DNA of 64,000 nucleotides from Candidatus Eremiobacteria bacterium (GCA_963737065.1 CAVTRC010000002.1:224001-288000); one strand, 5' to 3'; shown: positions 27,009 to 37,376, counted from the first letter of the stretch. The notes: generated from the sequence alone by a model not told the origin. A program made the numbers and translations.

Positions 27009-28482
27009 CGCGGCACCGGCGTTACGCGCCGGAACCGAACTCGAATTGTCGTTCACCGACCTGCTTGCAAACGGCCAAGCCGTGGGACGCGCAAGCGGGT
27101 TGGTTGTTTTTTGTTTCGGTCCATTGCCGGAGGAACGCGCGCGCGTGCGCATTTCGACCGTCAAACCAAAATATGCAACCTCGACGATGCTGCAGTTGAT
27201 CTCCGGATCGCCGCATCGCGCGATGCCGTTTTGCCCCGTGTTCGGCACCTGTGGCGGCTGTCAAGCTCAGCACCTAAGCTATCCCGCGCAATTGGCGTGG
27301 AAAACGCATGTCGTCCGCAGCGCGCTGGCCCGTATCGGAGGCTTTACCGGTGTGGACGTTCGCACAACGGTCGGAATGGTCAATCCGCGCGCGTATCGCA
27401 ATAAAATGTCGCTCGTCGTCGATCACACGCTGCCTGCGCCGGCGATCGGCTTTTACCAGCAGCGTTCGCACGACGTCGTGGCGATCGACGATTGTCCGAT
27501 CGTCACGCCTCAGCTCAACGCGTTCATTCACGGATTTAATCGCGCGCGGATAAGACAAGAGACCGCACCGATGATGCAAGTGGCGCGTCACGTTGTGTCG
27601 CGCAGTGCGCAAGCGACGGGAGAAGCGGTCGTGACGGTCACCACGTCGCAGCTCTCTCCCGAAGTGGAACGCGGTGCGACAGCGTTGCTCAAATCCTTAC
27701 CCGGCGCTGTGGGGCTCACGAATTCATATCAGCTCACAAGCCAAAACGCGATCCTGGGGAGGCGTCATCGCGTCGTTGCGGGCTCGCCCGAAATCGAAGA
27801 GACGATCGACGGTATTCGCTATCGCGTTTCCGCAGCGTCGTTTTTTCAAGTCAACGTCGAGATCGTCGGCCGCATCTTCGCCTTTATGAAGAACGCCCTG
27901 CAACATCCACGCCGTATCGTGGACCTCTATTGCGGCGCCGGCACGTTCTCGCTCTTCTTTGCGAAGAACGGCTGCGAAGTGTACGGGGTGGAAGAGAATC
28001 CGCAAGCGATTCTCGAGGCGGAGGGCAACGCGAAGCTCAACAGCCTCGAAGGATGGGTCCGGTTTCACGCCGGCCGCGTGGAGGATGCCGTCCGTTCGCC
28101 GGACGCGCGCGAAGCGATGAACAACGCGGATATCGTGTTTCTCGATCCGCCCCGCAAGGGAAGCGACGAGGCGACCCTGAGCGCAATCGTGGATTTCAAG
28201 GTGCCGTATATCTGGTACCTGTCCTGCGACCCGGCCACGCTCGCCCGGGATTTGAAGTTCTTGGCCGCCAATGGGTACCGGCTCGGCATCGTTCAGCCGT
28301 TTGACATGTTCCCCCAAACGGGGCACGTTGAGACCCTGGTGACGCTCTACCGCGAAGCCATAGCGGACGAGGAAGTCGTGCACGACGCGTTTCTCAACGT
28401 GCCGTCACCGACGTGGCCGAAGAGTGATCAATATGCCGCCGACGAACCGGAGTATCCCGACTTTGTCATCAGAGAAGATTGA
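26983..28482 (+). CDS. rlmD: 23S rRNA (uracil-C5)-methyltransferase RlmD
   Basis: TRAM domain, CPVFGTCGGC Fe-S motif, SFFQVN, DLYCGAG, LDPPRKG, YLSCDPATLARD, DMFPQTGHVE; start (TTG) uncertain. Confidence 0.93.
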   Translation: MTNREILRNAAPALRAGTELELSFTDLLANGQAVGRASGLVVFCFGPLPEERARVRISTVKPKYATSTMLQLISGSPHRAMPFCPVFGTCGGCQAQHLSYPAQLAWKTHVVRSALARIGGFTGVDVRTTVGMVNPRAYRNKMSLVVDHTLPAPAIGFYQQRSHDVVAIDDCPIVTPQLNAFIHGFNRARIRQETAPMMQVARHVVSRSAQATGEAVVTVTTSQLSPEVERGATALLKSLPGAVGLTNSYQLTSQNAILGRRHRVVAGSPEIEETIDGIRYRVSAASFFQVNVEIVGRIFAFMKNALQHPRRIVDLYCGAGTFSLFFAKNGCEVYGVEENPQAILEAEGNAKLNSLEGWVRFHAGRVEDAVRSPDAREAMNNADIVFLDPPRKGSDEATLSAIVDFKVPYIWYLSCDPATLARDLKFLAANGYRLGIVQPFDMFPQTGHVETLVTLYREAIADEEVVHDAFLNVPSPTWPKSDQYAADEPEYPDFVIRED

Positions 28483-28756
28483 CGTTCGCTATGTCGCAAA
28501 GCTCGCGCGCATCGCGCTCACGGACGATGAAGTTCAGCGCTTCGAAACGCAATTGGGCGACCTGCTCGAACACGTGAACGCGCTCGCAAAACTCGACGTT
28601 TCGCACGTCGCGGCGACGGCGCAAGTCGTCGAGTCGCGCAACGTCGAGCGTGATGATGAACCGGCGGCCAGCCTCGATCGCGAGACGGTGCTGGCCCAGG
28701 CGCCGCAACGCCAAGGCGCCTTTTTCCGCGTTCCGCGCATCATCGCCGCAGAGTAG
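28463..28756 (+). CDS. gatC: Asp/Glu-tRNA amidotransferase subunit C
   Basis: IDVRYVAKLARI, R.DE, AP.....F.VPRI. Confidence 0.93.
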   Translation: MSSEKIDVRYVAKLARIALTDDEVQRFETQLGDLLEHVNALAKLDVSHVAATAQVVESRNVERDDEPAASLDRETVLAQAPQRQGAFFRVPRIIAAE

Positions 28757-28762
28757 GACGTC

Positions 28763-30250
28763 ATGGAGATCATCGAACGCAGCGCGGCGCAGATCGCACG
28801 CGACGTCAATAGCGGAAGTATCTCTGCCCGCGAAGTGACCGATGCGATACTTTCACACATCGACGCCGTCGATGGGAACATCGGATCGTACCTGACGGTT
28901 CTGCACGAGCGTGCGCACGCGGATGCGGCGCGCGTCGACGAACGGGTGCAAGGGGGCGAAAAACTTCCGCTTGCCGGCGTGCCGCTTGCGGTGAAAGACA
29001 ACATGTGTTTGACCGGCACGCGAACGACCGCCGGCAGTAAGATCCTTGAGAAATGGAAGTCGCCGTATACTGCAACGGCCGTCCAACGCATGATCGAAGC
29101 GGGCGCGATTCCCGTTGGTAAAACGAACATGGATGAGTTCGCAATGGGAAGCTCGTGCGAAAACTCAGCGCTCGGCGTCACGAAGAATCCCTACGATGTC
29201 TCGCGCGTGCCGGGCGGTTCCAGCGGCGGCTCCGCGGCCGCGGTTGCCGCCTTCGAAGCCACGATCGGCATGGGAAGCGATACCGGCGGTTCAATTCGCG
29301 AACCCGGCGCGTTCTGTAATCTCGTGGGGTTCAAGCCGACGTACGGACGGGTTTCGCGATATGGACTGATCGCGTTCGCATCAAGCTTGGATCAAATCGG
29401 ACCGTTGACGCGCACGGTTGAAGATGCCGCGATCGCGTACGAAGCAATGGCCGGTTGGGACCGCATGGATTCCACGTCGATCAAGCGCAATGTCGAACCG
29501 GTGTCTGAGGATTTGCACAGCGACCTGCGCGGGCTCAGAGTCGGCATCGTCAAGGAATTCGACGCGCACGCGCTCGGCGACAAAATTCATGCGCTGTACG
29601 AACGCGCGTATCGCGATTTGCAGTCGCTCGGTGCCGACCTCGTCGAGGTGTCGCTGCCGACCGCGGAGTACGGCTTGGCCACGTACTATTTGATCGCGCC
29701 GGCGGAATGTTCGTCGAACCTCGCGCGCTTCGATGGCGTTCGCTACGGCTTGCGCGTCGAAGGCGCCGACGTTCACGACATGTACGAAAAGACGCGTGCC
29801 GCAGGGTTCGGACCGGAGGTAAAGCGCCGAATCCTCATCGGCACGTACGCGCTCTCGAGCGGCTACTACGACGCCTACTACGTTCGCGCTCAAAAAGCGC
29901 GCACGCTCATTGCCGACGATTTTCGCAAAGCGTTCGCATCGTGCGATCTCATCGCCGCTCCGGCAGCGAGTTCGCCGGCGTTCCAGTTCAACGCCAAGAG
30001 CGATCCGTACAGCATGTACTTGATGGACTATTACACGATTCCGATGTCGCTTGCCGGATTACCGGCACTCTCGGTTCCTTGCGGCTGGGTGACGCCGCCC
30101 GGCGGCGATCGCGAAATGCCGATGGGCTTACAGCTAACGTCACCATTATTCACCGAGAAACTGTTGCTCGGCGCAGCGCACGCGTACGAAAAAGCGACAA
30201 ACCACGCAAATACACATAAGCCGGCTCTAACGACGGCGGGTAGCCGGTGA
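28763..30250 (+). CDS. gatA: Asp/Glu-tRNA amidotransferase subunit A
   Basis: GKTNMDEFAMGSS, PGGSSGGS, GSDTGGSIR, SSNLARFDG, FG.EVKRRI..GTY.LS.GYYDAYY. Confidence 0.98.
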   Translation: MEIIERSAAQIARDVNSGSISAREVTDAILSHIDAVDGNIGSYLTVLHERAHADAARVDERVQGGEKLPLAGVPLAVKDNMCLTGTRTTAGSKILEKWKSPYTATAVQRMIEAGAIPVGKTNMDEFAMGSSCENSALGVTKNPYDVSRVPGGSSGGSAAAVAAFEATIGMGSDTGGSIREPGAFCNLVGFKPTYGRVSRYGLIAFASSLDQIGPLTRTVEDAAIAYEAMAGWDRMDSTSIKRNVEPVSEDLHSDLRGLRVGIVKEFDAHALGDKIHALYERAYRDLQSLGADLVEVSLPTAEYGLATYYLIAPAECSSNLARFDGVRYGLRVEGADVHDMYEKTRAAGFGPEVKRRILIGTYALSSGYYDAYYVRAQKARTLIADDFRKAFASCDLIAAPAASSPAFQFNAKSDPYSMYLMDYYTIPMSLAGLPALSVPCGWVTPPGGDREMPMGLQLTSPLFTEKLLLGAAHAYEKATNHANTHKPALTTAGSR

Positions 30251-31719
30251 ACGCGCCGTTTCGTTCGAAATACGAAGTTATCATCGGCATCGAATGCCAT
30301 GTCGAGTTAAAGACCGCAACGAAGATGTTTTGCGGCTGCCGCAATGAGTTCGGCGGCGAGCCGAACACGAACGTGTGTCCGGTCTGTCTCGCGCTTCCCG
30401 GTGCATTGCCGGTTGCGAACCGCGAGGCGATCCAACACATGATTTCCGCGGGGCTTGCGTTCGGTGCGCACATCCCCACGTTTTCGAAGTTTGACCGGAA
30501 GAACTACTTTTATCCGGACATGCCGAAGGATTACCAGATCACGCAGTATGACATGCCGCTAACCGTCGGCGGTGTCGTGCGCTACTGGCTCGAGGACGGC
30601 ACGGTGAAAGAATGCCGCCTCACGCGCATCCATTTGGAAGAAGACACCGGCAAGTCGACGCACGCGGGATCCGGCGACGGACGTATCGCGGGCAGCACGT
30701 ACTCGCTGGTCGATTTCAACCGCGCGGGCGTGCCGCTCATGGAATGCGTCTCCGAGCCCGAAATTCACAGCGCCGATGAAGCGGTCGGGTATCTCGAAGC
30801 GCTGCGCCGCACGCTGCAACAGGTCGGCGTGAGCGACGTCAAGATGGAAGAAGGCTCGCTGCGCTGCGATGCCAACGTCTCGATCCGTCCGACGGGTTCG
30901 AAAGAACTCGGTACGAAGACGGAGATTAAAAACATGAACTCGTTTCGCTCGGTGCATCGCGCGATCGAGAGCGAGATCGAACGGCAGATCTCGCTCGTTG
31001 AAGCCGGCGAACGGGTCGTCCAAGAGACGCGCGGCTGGGACGAGGTTCGCGGCGTCACGCACCCGATGCGCAGCAAAGAAGAGGCGCATGACTATCGCTA
31101 CTTTCCGGACCCGGACCTCGTACCGCTCGAGATCGAACGCGTCGATGTGGACCGGTTGCGCGAGCAGCTTCCCGAACTTCCGATCGCGCGATTCGAGCGC
31201 TACGCGAAAGAGTTCGCACTAGACGTGAAGCAGGCGACGCAACTCATCGATACCGTTGCGCTCGCGGTCTACTTCGATGCGGTTGTGAAGGCAAGCACCA
31301 ATCCGAAGCAGTCGACGAACTTCGTGCTCGGTGATCTCTCCCGGCTTGCGAATGAAACGGGGACACCCGTCCACGAATCGCCGATCACGCCGCAACATGT
31401 TGCGGAATTGATCGCGCTCGTCGAAGATAAGACGATCAATTCGAAGATCGCGAAGGAACTGGTCGAGCGGATGTGGCGCGGTGAAGGCTCGCCGAAAGCA
31501 ATCGTCGAGCGGGAGGGGCTCGCGCAAACGTCCGACCCCGGCGCGATCGTTGCGTTCATCGAAGCGGTGCTCGCTGCCAACGAAAAGACCGTCACCGACT
31601 ATAAAGGCGGGAAGACGAATGTTATGGGGTTCCTCGTGGGCCAAGTGATGAAGGCCTCGAAGGGCAAAGCCGACCCGCAAATGGTCAATCAATTGATGAA
31701 GCAGAAGCTGGAAAGTTGA
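30247..31719 (+). CDS. gatB: Asp/Glu-tRNA amidotransferase subunit B
   Basis: IGIECHVEL, FDRKNYFYPD, HLEEDTGK, EEGSLRCDAN, MRSKEEAHDYRYFPDPDL. Confidence 0.98.
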   Translation: MNAPFRSKYEVIIGIECHVELKTATKMFCGCRNEFGGEPNTNVCPVCLALPGALPVANREAIQHMISAGLAFGAHIPTFSKFDRKNYFYPDMPKDYQITQYDMPLTVGGVVRYWLEDGTVKECRLTRIHLEEDTGKSTHAGSGDGRIAGSTYSLVDFNRAGVPLMECVSEPEIHSADEAVGYLEALRRTLQQVGVSDVKMEEGSLRCDANVSIRPTGSKELGTKTEIKNMNSFRSVHRAIESEIERQISLVEAGERVVQETRGWDEVRGVTHPMRSKEEAHDYRYFPDPDLVPLEIERVDVDRLREQLPELPIARFERYAKEFALDVKQATQLIDTVALAVYFDAVVKASTNPKQSTNFVLGDLSRLANETGTPVHESPITPQHVAELIALVEDKTINSKIAKELVERMWRGEGSPKAIVEREGLAQTSDPGAIVAFIEAVLAANEKTVTDYKGGKTNVMGFLVGQVMKASKGKADPQMVNQLMKQKLES

Positions 31720-34073
31720 CGCCGGGCTCTGTTCAAATAGTCGCCGACGAGCGCACGCTCGAGGCTTTAGATTTTGCGAGCGTTCGGGATCGCGTCGTGG
31801 GTGCGACGCGAACCGCGCGCGGACGTCGTTTCGCGAACGAACTCGTACCGTTGACGGACTTTGCGGTGGTGCGCCTGGAGCAGGCGCGCACGGCGATCGT
31901 TCGCCAAGTTGTCGCGGCGGCCGATTTCCACGTCTTGCCGGCGATCGACCCGGAGCCGGATACGCAAGCCGCGGCATTGGGACGTACGCTCGCACCGGCC
32001 GATCTTCGCGCCGTCGCCGACGCGATTGCGGCAGCCGCAGCGGCGTACAACGCACTGCGCGAGGAGAAGTCGCCGGAGCTTGGCGCAATTCTCGCGCGGT
32101 ACACCGTGCTTCGAGACGTACAGCGATCGTTGACCGAAGCGATCGACGAGCGCGGCACGATCCTCGACCGCGCTTCGCCTGCGCTCGGACGCATTCGTCG
32201 CAACCTCGTCAATGCGCAGAACGATGCGCGCGATCGCGTCTCTTCCATCGTACGGTCCGGCAAGTACGCGCGCGTCATCCAAGACGCCGTCGTGACGATT
32301 CGTGAAGGCCGGTTCGTCGTTCCGATCAAGGCCGAATTTTCCGGCGAATTTCCCGGTATCGTGCACGACTCCAGCTCGTCCGGACAAACGCTCTTCATCG
32401 AGCCGCTCGCGGCCCTCGAGACGAATAACCGGCTGCGCACGCTGCGCATCGAAGAAGAGCGCGAGATCGAACGCATACTGCAAGAGCTTTCGCGTACCGT
32501 CGGTGCGCATGCCGACGCGATCGCGTCGAACGTCGAAATGCTCGCACAAATCGACGTGCTCGTTGCCAAAGCGAACGTCGCACGATCGATGGACGCCCTT
32601 GCGCCCGAACTCGTCGACGAGGCGGTGGTGCGCGTCGAACGCGGGCGTCACCCGCTGCTCGGCGAACGCGCAATTCCGCAAACGATTCCGCTCGACGGCG
32701 AAACGCGTGTGCTCGTCGTCAGCGGCCCGAACATGGGCGGTAAAACGGTTGCGCTGAAGATGGTCGGCCTTTTCGTCGCGATGACGTATGCCGGCATGCA
32801 CATTCCGGCATCCGTGGGAACGAAAGTCGGCCGCTTCTCGTGCGTCATCGCGGACATCGGCGACGAACAGTCGATCGTCGGTAACGCTTCGACGTTCTCG
32901 GCTCATCTTTCGCGCATGCGCGAAATGTTCGAACGCGCCGACGAGCACACGCTCGTGCTCGTGGACGAAATCGGCGGCGGAACCGAGCCCGGTGCGGGCG
33001 CTGCGCTTGCGGTCGCGATGCTGGAGCGATTGCTGAGCGTCGGCGCGTGTGGCGTTGTGACGACACACGCAACCGAGTTGAAACTCTTCGCGAGCGCAGC
33101 GGCGGGCGTCGTGAACGCGAGCGTCCGCTTCGATCCGCAAACGTTCCGTCCGACGTACCACCTTGACGTTGGCGCGCCTGGACAGTCGCTGGCGTTTCCG
33201 CTCGCTACCGCGCTCGGCATCGATCGCGCGATCGTGGATCGCGCGCAGGCGTTGCTCGATACGCGTGAGCGCGACTATGAATCTGCGCTCGCGGAGCTTT
33301 CTCTGCGCTCTGCGGAATTGCAAACGGAGCGCGAAGCGCTCTTCAACGAACGCCGTGCAGCGGAGCGTGAGCGCGGAAGCCTCGCAAATGATCGCGAGCG
33401 GTTCGAGGCGGAACGGCGGGCGTTTGCCGAACGCGCGGAGGAACGCATGCAGCAAAGCCTCCGCGAGTTTACTCAGGAACTTCAACGTCGCGCCGCCACG
33501 GCGCAGGCCAAGCGCGCGCGCGTGACCGCATCGCAAAGCGCGCTGCTCTCCCGTACTGCAGAAGAGATGCGGCGCGCGCTCGGCATCACAAACGAGCTCG
33601 ACGGCGCACAACGGTCGGAAGACGGCATGTTGCAGCGCAATGAGCCGGTGCGCATCGTGTCGCTGCGGCAAGATGGGGCCGTCGTCGAAGATTACGGCGA
33701 TAACGTTCTCGTCGCAATCGGTCCGATGAAAACGGTAGTAAAGAAGAGCGACGTCCAGCGTCGCAAAGGCGGCGCGAACAAGCCACGTCACGAAACGGGA
33801 CGAACCGCAAAACTGGAAGCGGCGTCGCGCTCTATGCCGGAACTCGACGTGCGCGGCAAACGCTACATCGAAGCCGAGCCCGTCGTCGATCACTGGCTTG
33901 ACGAAGCGGCACTCGCGGGAAATTCGCCGCTGCGATTGATTCACGGTAAAGGTACCGGCATGCTGGGCCGCGGCCTGCAAGAGTTTCTACGTTCGCATCC
34001 GTCCGTCAAGAGTGTCCGCTACGGACGCGAGGACGAGGGCTCGGGCGGCGTAACGATAATTGAGTTGGCATGA
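31716..34073 (+). CDS. mutS2: Endonuclease MutS2
   Basis: GIVHD.SSSGQT.FIEP, GPNMGGKT, DIGDEQS, DEIGGGTEP, Smr domain IHGKGTG.L. Confidence 0.95.
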   Translation: MTPGSVQIVADERTLEALDFASVRDRVVGATRTARGRRFANELVPLTDFAVVRLEQARTAIVRQVVAAADFHVLPAIDPEPDTQAAALGRTLAPADLRAVADAIAAAAAAYNALREEKSPELGAILARYTVLRDVQRSLTEAIDERGTILDRASPALGRIRRNLVNAQNDARDRVSSIVRSGKYARVIQDAVVTIREGRFVVPIKAEFSGEFPGIVHDSSSSGQTLFIEPLAALETNNRLRTLRIEEEREIERILQELSRTVGAHADAIASNVEMLAQIDVLVAKANVARSMDALAPELVDEAVVRVERGRHPLLGERAIPQTIPLDGETRVLVVSGPNMGGKTVALKMVGLFVAMTYAGMHIPASVGTKVGRFSCVIADIGDEQSIVGNASTFSAHLSRMREMFERADEHTLVLVDEIGGGTEPGAGAALAVAMLERLLSVGACGVVTTHATELKLFASAAAGVVNASVRFDPQTFRPTYHLDVGAPGQSLAFPLATALGIDRAIVDRAQALLDTRERDYESALAELSLRSAELQTEREALFNERRAAERERGSLANDRERFEAERRAFAERAEERMQQSLREFTQELQRRAATAQAKRARVTASQSALLSRTAEEMRRALGITNELDGAQRSEDGMLQRNEPVRIVSLRQDGAVVEDYGDNVLVAIGPMKTVVKKSDVQRRKGGANKPRHETGRTAKLEAASRSMPELDVRGKRYIEAEPVVDHWLDEAALAGNSPLRLIHGKGTGMLGRGLQEFLRSHPSVKSVRYGREDEGSGGVTIIELA

Positions 34074-35272
34074 CGAGCGCGCGCTCATCGGACGTCGAGC
34101 ATTTGCTCGACGGGTTCGAAACGGTCGAAACGGTTGAGGACTTTCGCGACCGCCTCAAACTCGGCCGCCCGCTCAACGTCAAGCTCGGCATCGATCCGAC
34201 GAGTCCCGACCTCCATCTCGGATTCATGGTGGTGCTAGACAAATTGCAGCGGTTTGCGCAGACGGGCCACAACGTCACGCTGATCATCGGCGATTTCACG
34301 GCGAGCATCGGCGATCCGAGCGGCCGCAACGCGTTGCGCCCGCCGCTCACGCGCGAGCACATCGAAGCGAACATGCAAACGTACCGCGAGCAGGCTGGAA
34401 AAGTGCTCGATCTCGAGCGCGTGAAGATCCGATACAATTCCGAATGGCTCGGCAAGATGAATTTCTCCGACGTCGTACGCATGGTTTCGCACGTTACCGT
34501 CGCCCAGATGCTCGAACGAAATGACTTCAATAACCGCTATGAAAGCCGCACGCCGATTTCGCTGCATGAGTTTTTGTATCCGGTTGCCCAAGCTGCGGAC
34601 TCGATTGCGATAGAGTCGGACGTCGAGCTCGGAGGAACGGATCAGCTTTTCAATTTGCTCCTTGGACGCCAGTTTCAACGCGAATACGGACAGCTTCCGC
34701 AGATTTGCGCAACGGTTCCGCTGCTCGTTGGTCTCGACGGTGAGCGGAAAATGAGCAAGTCGCTCGACAACTACGTCGGCATCGCGGAAAGCGCGCGCTC
34801 GCAATTCGGGAAACTGATGAAGATGTCTGATGAGTTGATGCCGACCTATGCGCGCCTTGCTGCGTTTCGATCGCAATCGGAAGCGGATGTACTCGCACGT
34901 CAGATAGCAAGCGGCACGTCCAACGCCATCGAATTGAAGAAGCAGCTCGCGCAAGACATCGTCGGGCGATATCACGGAGCGGCGGAAGCGCTCGCCGCCC
35001 GCGACTACTTCGAGCGAACGGTGCAGCGTAAGGAGATCCCGCGCGATGACGTTCCGGAGATGGAACAAGGTGATGCGAAGACCGTTGCTCAGGTATTGGT
35101 AAAAGCCGGGTTTGCCGAAAGCAAGCGCGCCGCCGAGCGACTAATTTCGCAGAAAGGCGTGAAGGTGGATGGTATAGTCGTGAACGATCCCCGCGCTACC
35201 TGGAGCGCGACCGACCCGGCCGTGCTCTCCGTAGGCTCCCGCAACTTCAAACGCGTGCTTCCTCAGAGGTAA
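34070..35272 (+). CDS. tyrS: Tyrosine--tRNA ligase
   Basis: KLGIDPTSPDLHLG, IGDPSGR, HEFLYP..Q..DS, GGTDQ.FNL, KMSKS, C-terminal S4 domain. Confidence 0.97.
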   Translation: MTSARSSDVEHLLDGFETVETVEDFRDRLKLGRPLNVKLGIDPTSPDLHLGFMVVLDKLQRFAQTGHNVTLIIGDFTASIGDPSGRNALRPPLTREHIEANMQTYREQAGKVLDLERVKIRYNSEWLGKMNFSDVVRMVSHVTVAQMLERNDFNNRYESRTPISLHEFLYPVAQAADSIAIESDVELGGTDQLFNLLLGRQFQREYGQLPQICATVPLLVGLDGERKMSKSLDNYVGIAESARSQFGKLMKMSDELMPTYARLAAFRSQSEADVLARQIASGTSNAIELKKQLAQDIVGRYHGAAEALAARDYFERTVQRKEIPRDDVPEMEQGDAKTVAQVLVKAGFAESKRAAERLISQKGVKVDGIVVNDPRATWSATDPAVLSVGSRNFKRVLPQR

Positions 35273-35281
35273 GATCGTCAA

Positions 35282-35524
35282 ATGGCGCAGTCCCCGGTCA
35301 CGTATACGTCGTCGATGCAGCCAATCGAAGGCAAGAAGCTCGTGTGCAAGCGCTGCAAACGCGTCTACAACTATCCGGAACCCGGCGCGCGCCCGATCCG
35401 CTGCGAGTGCGGGTGGTGGTACTACAACGACGGAGCGCGCGTGCGAGAAGCCTACTGGCAGCGCCTCGAGGGTTACAAAATGCCCGGCGACCTGCGACGC
35501 ATGTTCAAGACCGATATTTTCTAA
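35282..35524 (+). CDS. Small putative zinc-ribbon protein
   Basis: CKRC...CECGWW; TAAGAT 6 nt before ATG. Confidence 0.7.
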   Translation: MAQSPVTYTSSMQPIEGKKLVCKRCKRVYNYPEPGARPIRCECGWWYYNDGARVREAYWQRLEGYKMPGDLRRMFKTDIF

Positions 35525-36405
35525 GCGATGCGTTCGGCTAATTCGTTCACTTCGTCGGACGTAAACACGTAAATCTTTTTACAAAACTCGCACGTTGCTT
35601 CCGTCTCGGGACGCTCTGAGGCCAAGCGCCGCAATTCGTCTGCTCCCATGCCGATCAACGCGCCTTCCACGCGTTCGCGGTTGCAGAGACACGCAAAGTG
35701 GAGGTCGACACTGCGATGCGAACGCAGCTCGATCGGCCCCGCAAGCGCATGCAGCAGTGCATGCGCATCCGCCCCTTCATTGATCATCGTCGTAACCGCC
35801 GGCATCGCAAGCGCACGTTGCTCGAGCGTTGCGATCGCGTCTTCATCCGCCCCGGGTAACACTTGGGCCAGCACTCCACCGGCCGCGCGAACGCCGTCCG
35901 GATTTGCGAGTACGCCGAGTGCGACGACGCTCGGAATTTGCTCGGACTTCACGAGGTACGCCGCGAGATCTTCCGCGATTTCACCGGAGTAAAGCGGCAC
36001 GACGCCGACATACGGCTGACCGACTTCGTACGATTTGATCACTTGCAGCGAACCGTCGCCTATTGCACCCGCGACGTCGAACTTTCCGCGCGCATTGAGC
36101 GGGAGATCGACATGCGGATTCTTCACGTACGCGCGGGCACCCAGCAAATTCTCCTCGAGCAGCCATGCATCAGAACCGACCGATCCGATTGCGCCCTCGC
36201 CGGTGACCTGCAGCGTCAAACGTTCGCGTCCTTTCAGTCCGGACCCGAACAGCACGGTCCCGGTCATCAGACGGCCTGCAGCTGCGGTCGCGAGCGGAGA
36301 GAGATCGTGGCGCTCGCGCACGTCGGTGACGAGTTCGGTTGTGATGGCGGCGACGACCGCGATTCCCGCTTCCGGTGCGGCGGCACTGATCATGAGGTCG
36401 GGCAT
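35521..36405 (-). CDS. hslO: Hsp33 redox-regulated chaperone
   Basis: A.GR..T, GEIAEDL..Y...SEQ.PS, CxC..CxxC (CLCNRE..CEFC). Confidence 0.95.
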   Translation of the reverse strand: MPDLMISAAAPEAGIAVVAAITTELVTDVRERHDLSPLATAAAGRLMTGTVLFGSGLKGRERLTLQVTGEGAIGSVGSDAWLLEENLLGARAYVKNPHVDLPLNARGKFDVAGAIGDGSLQVIKSYEVGQPYVGVVPLYSGEIAEDLAAYLVKSEQIPSVVALGVLANPDGVRAAGGVLAQVLPGADEDAIATLEQRALAMPAVTTMINEGADAHALLHALAGPIELRSHRSVDLHFACLCNRERVEGALIGMGADELRRLASERPETEATCEFCKKIYVFTSDEVNELAERIA

Positions 36406-36464
36406 AGCAGAACTTGCTCTCGTGCGAAGGCGCGTGGTTTTCCTTCTCAGAAGCAAGGGGGCAG

Positions 36465-36899
36465 ATGCGCGTTCTCGTCATTCATGGACCCAACCTCAAT
36501 TTGCTCGGCGAGCGCCAGCCGCAAATTTACGGCTCACAAACGCTCGGTGAAATCAACGAACTGATCGTGACGTCCGCGGCGGAGTTCGGAGTTGACGTCG
36601 ATTGCGCGCAGTATAACGGTGAAGGCGAGATTATCGATGCGATTCACGCGGCTCGCGAATCGTTCGATGCAATCGTGATTAATCCGGGAGCGTACTCGCA
36701 TTATTCGCACGCGATCGCCGACGCCATTGCGGCGGTTCCGATTCCCGTCGTCGAAGCGCATCTCTCAAATATCTCCGCGCGCGAGCCGCATCGACGCGTT
36801 AGCGTCACGGCCGGCGCCTGCACGGGCAGCGTCTCGGGTTTCGGCGCGAATTCCTATATCCTCGCGTTGCGTGCCGCTTTGAGAATCCAGGGAAAATAA
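36465..36899 (+). CDS. aroQ: Type II 3-dehydroquinate dehydratase
   Basis: HGPNLNLLG.R.P.IYG, INPGAYSH.S, E.HLSNI.ARE..R. Confidence 0.96.
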   Translation: MRVLVIHGPNLNLLGERQPQIYGSQTLGEINELIVTSAAEFGVDVDCAQYNGEGEIIDAIHAARESFDAIVINPGAYSHYSHAIADAIAAVPIPVVEAHLSNISAREPHRRVSVTAGACTGSVSGFGANSYILALRAALRIQGK

Positions 36900-36949
36900 C
36901 GATCTTTTGCGTATACCCCTGCCTGGCGGCGGGTCCGCTTCATGGGAGA

Positions 36950-37288
36950 TTGCCGTTGACGAAAGCCGATTTGATTCACACGGTGGCCTCACAGATCAGC
37001 CTCCCCAAGCGACAGGCCGCGCAAATCGTCGATCTGATTCTCAACGAAATCAAATTCGCACTTCAACAAGGTGACCGCGTAGCACTCACGCCGTTCGGAA
37101 GTTTCGTCGTACGCAGCCGCAAAGCGCGCGAAGGACGTAATCCGAAAACCGGAGAGAAGATTAAGATTACGGCGCGCAAAGTTCCGGCCTTCGTCGCGGG
37201 CAAGTCGCTCAAAGACGCCGTCGGTGGACGCATGACCGGCGGCGCAAACAAATCCACGGCGAATAAGAAGGGCGCAAAGCGCAGCTGA
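36950..37288 (+). CDS. hup: HU family DNA-binding protein with short basic tail
   Basis: TKADLI, FGSF....RKAREGRNPKTGE, P.F..GK.LKDAV; tail NKKGAKRS. Confidence 0.93.
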   Translation: MPLTKADLIHTVASQISLPKRQAAQIVDLILNEIKFALQQGDRVALTPFGSFVVRSRKAREGRNPKTGEKIKITARKVPAFVAGKSLKDAVGGRMTGGANKSTANKKGAKRS

Positions 37289-37376
37289 TTACGTCAACGG
37301 CACGCGGCAACGTTCCGATGTCGCGACTCAGTACGTTCGTGCGTTCAAACAAAGCCCGTCCCGAAGATATGTGCGA

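Noticed and set aside
31767..33980. 737-aa antisense ORF (also 55001-56449, 59801-61054, 22634-23512)
   Set aside because: Shadow frames opposite well-supported genes (mutS2, acylase, SNF2, dnaE2); expected with high-GC codon bias; no motifs
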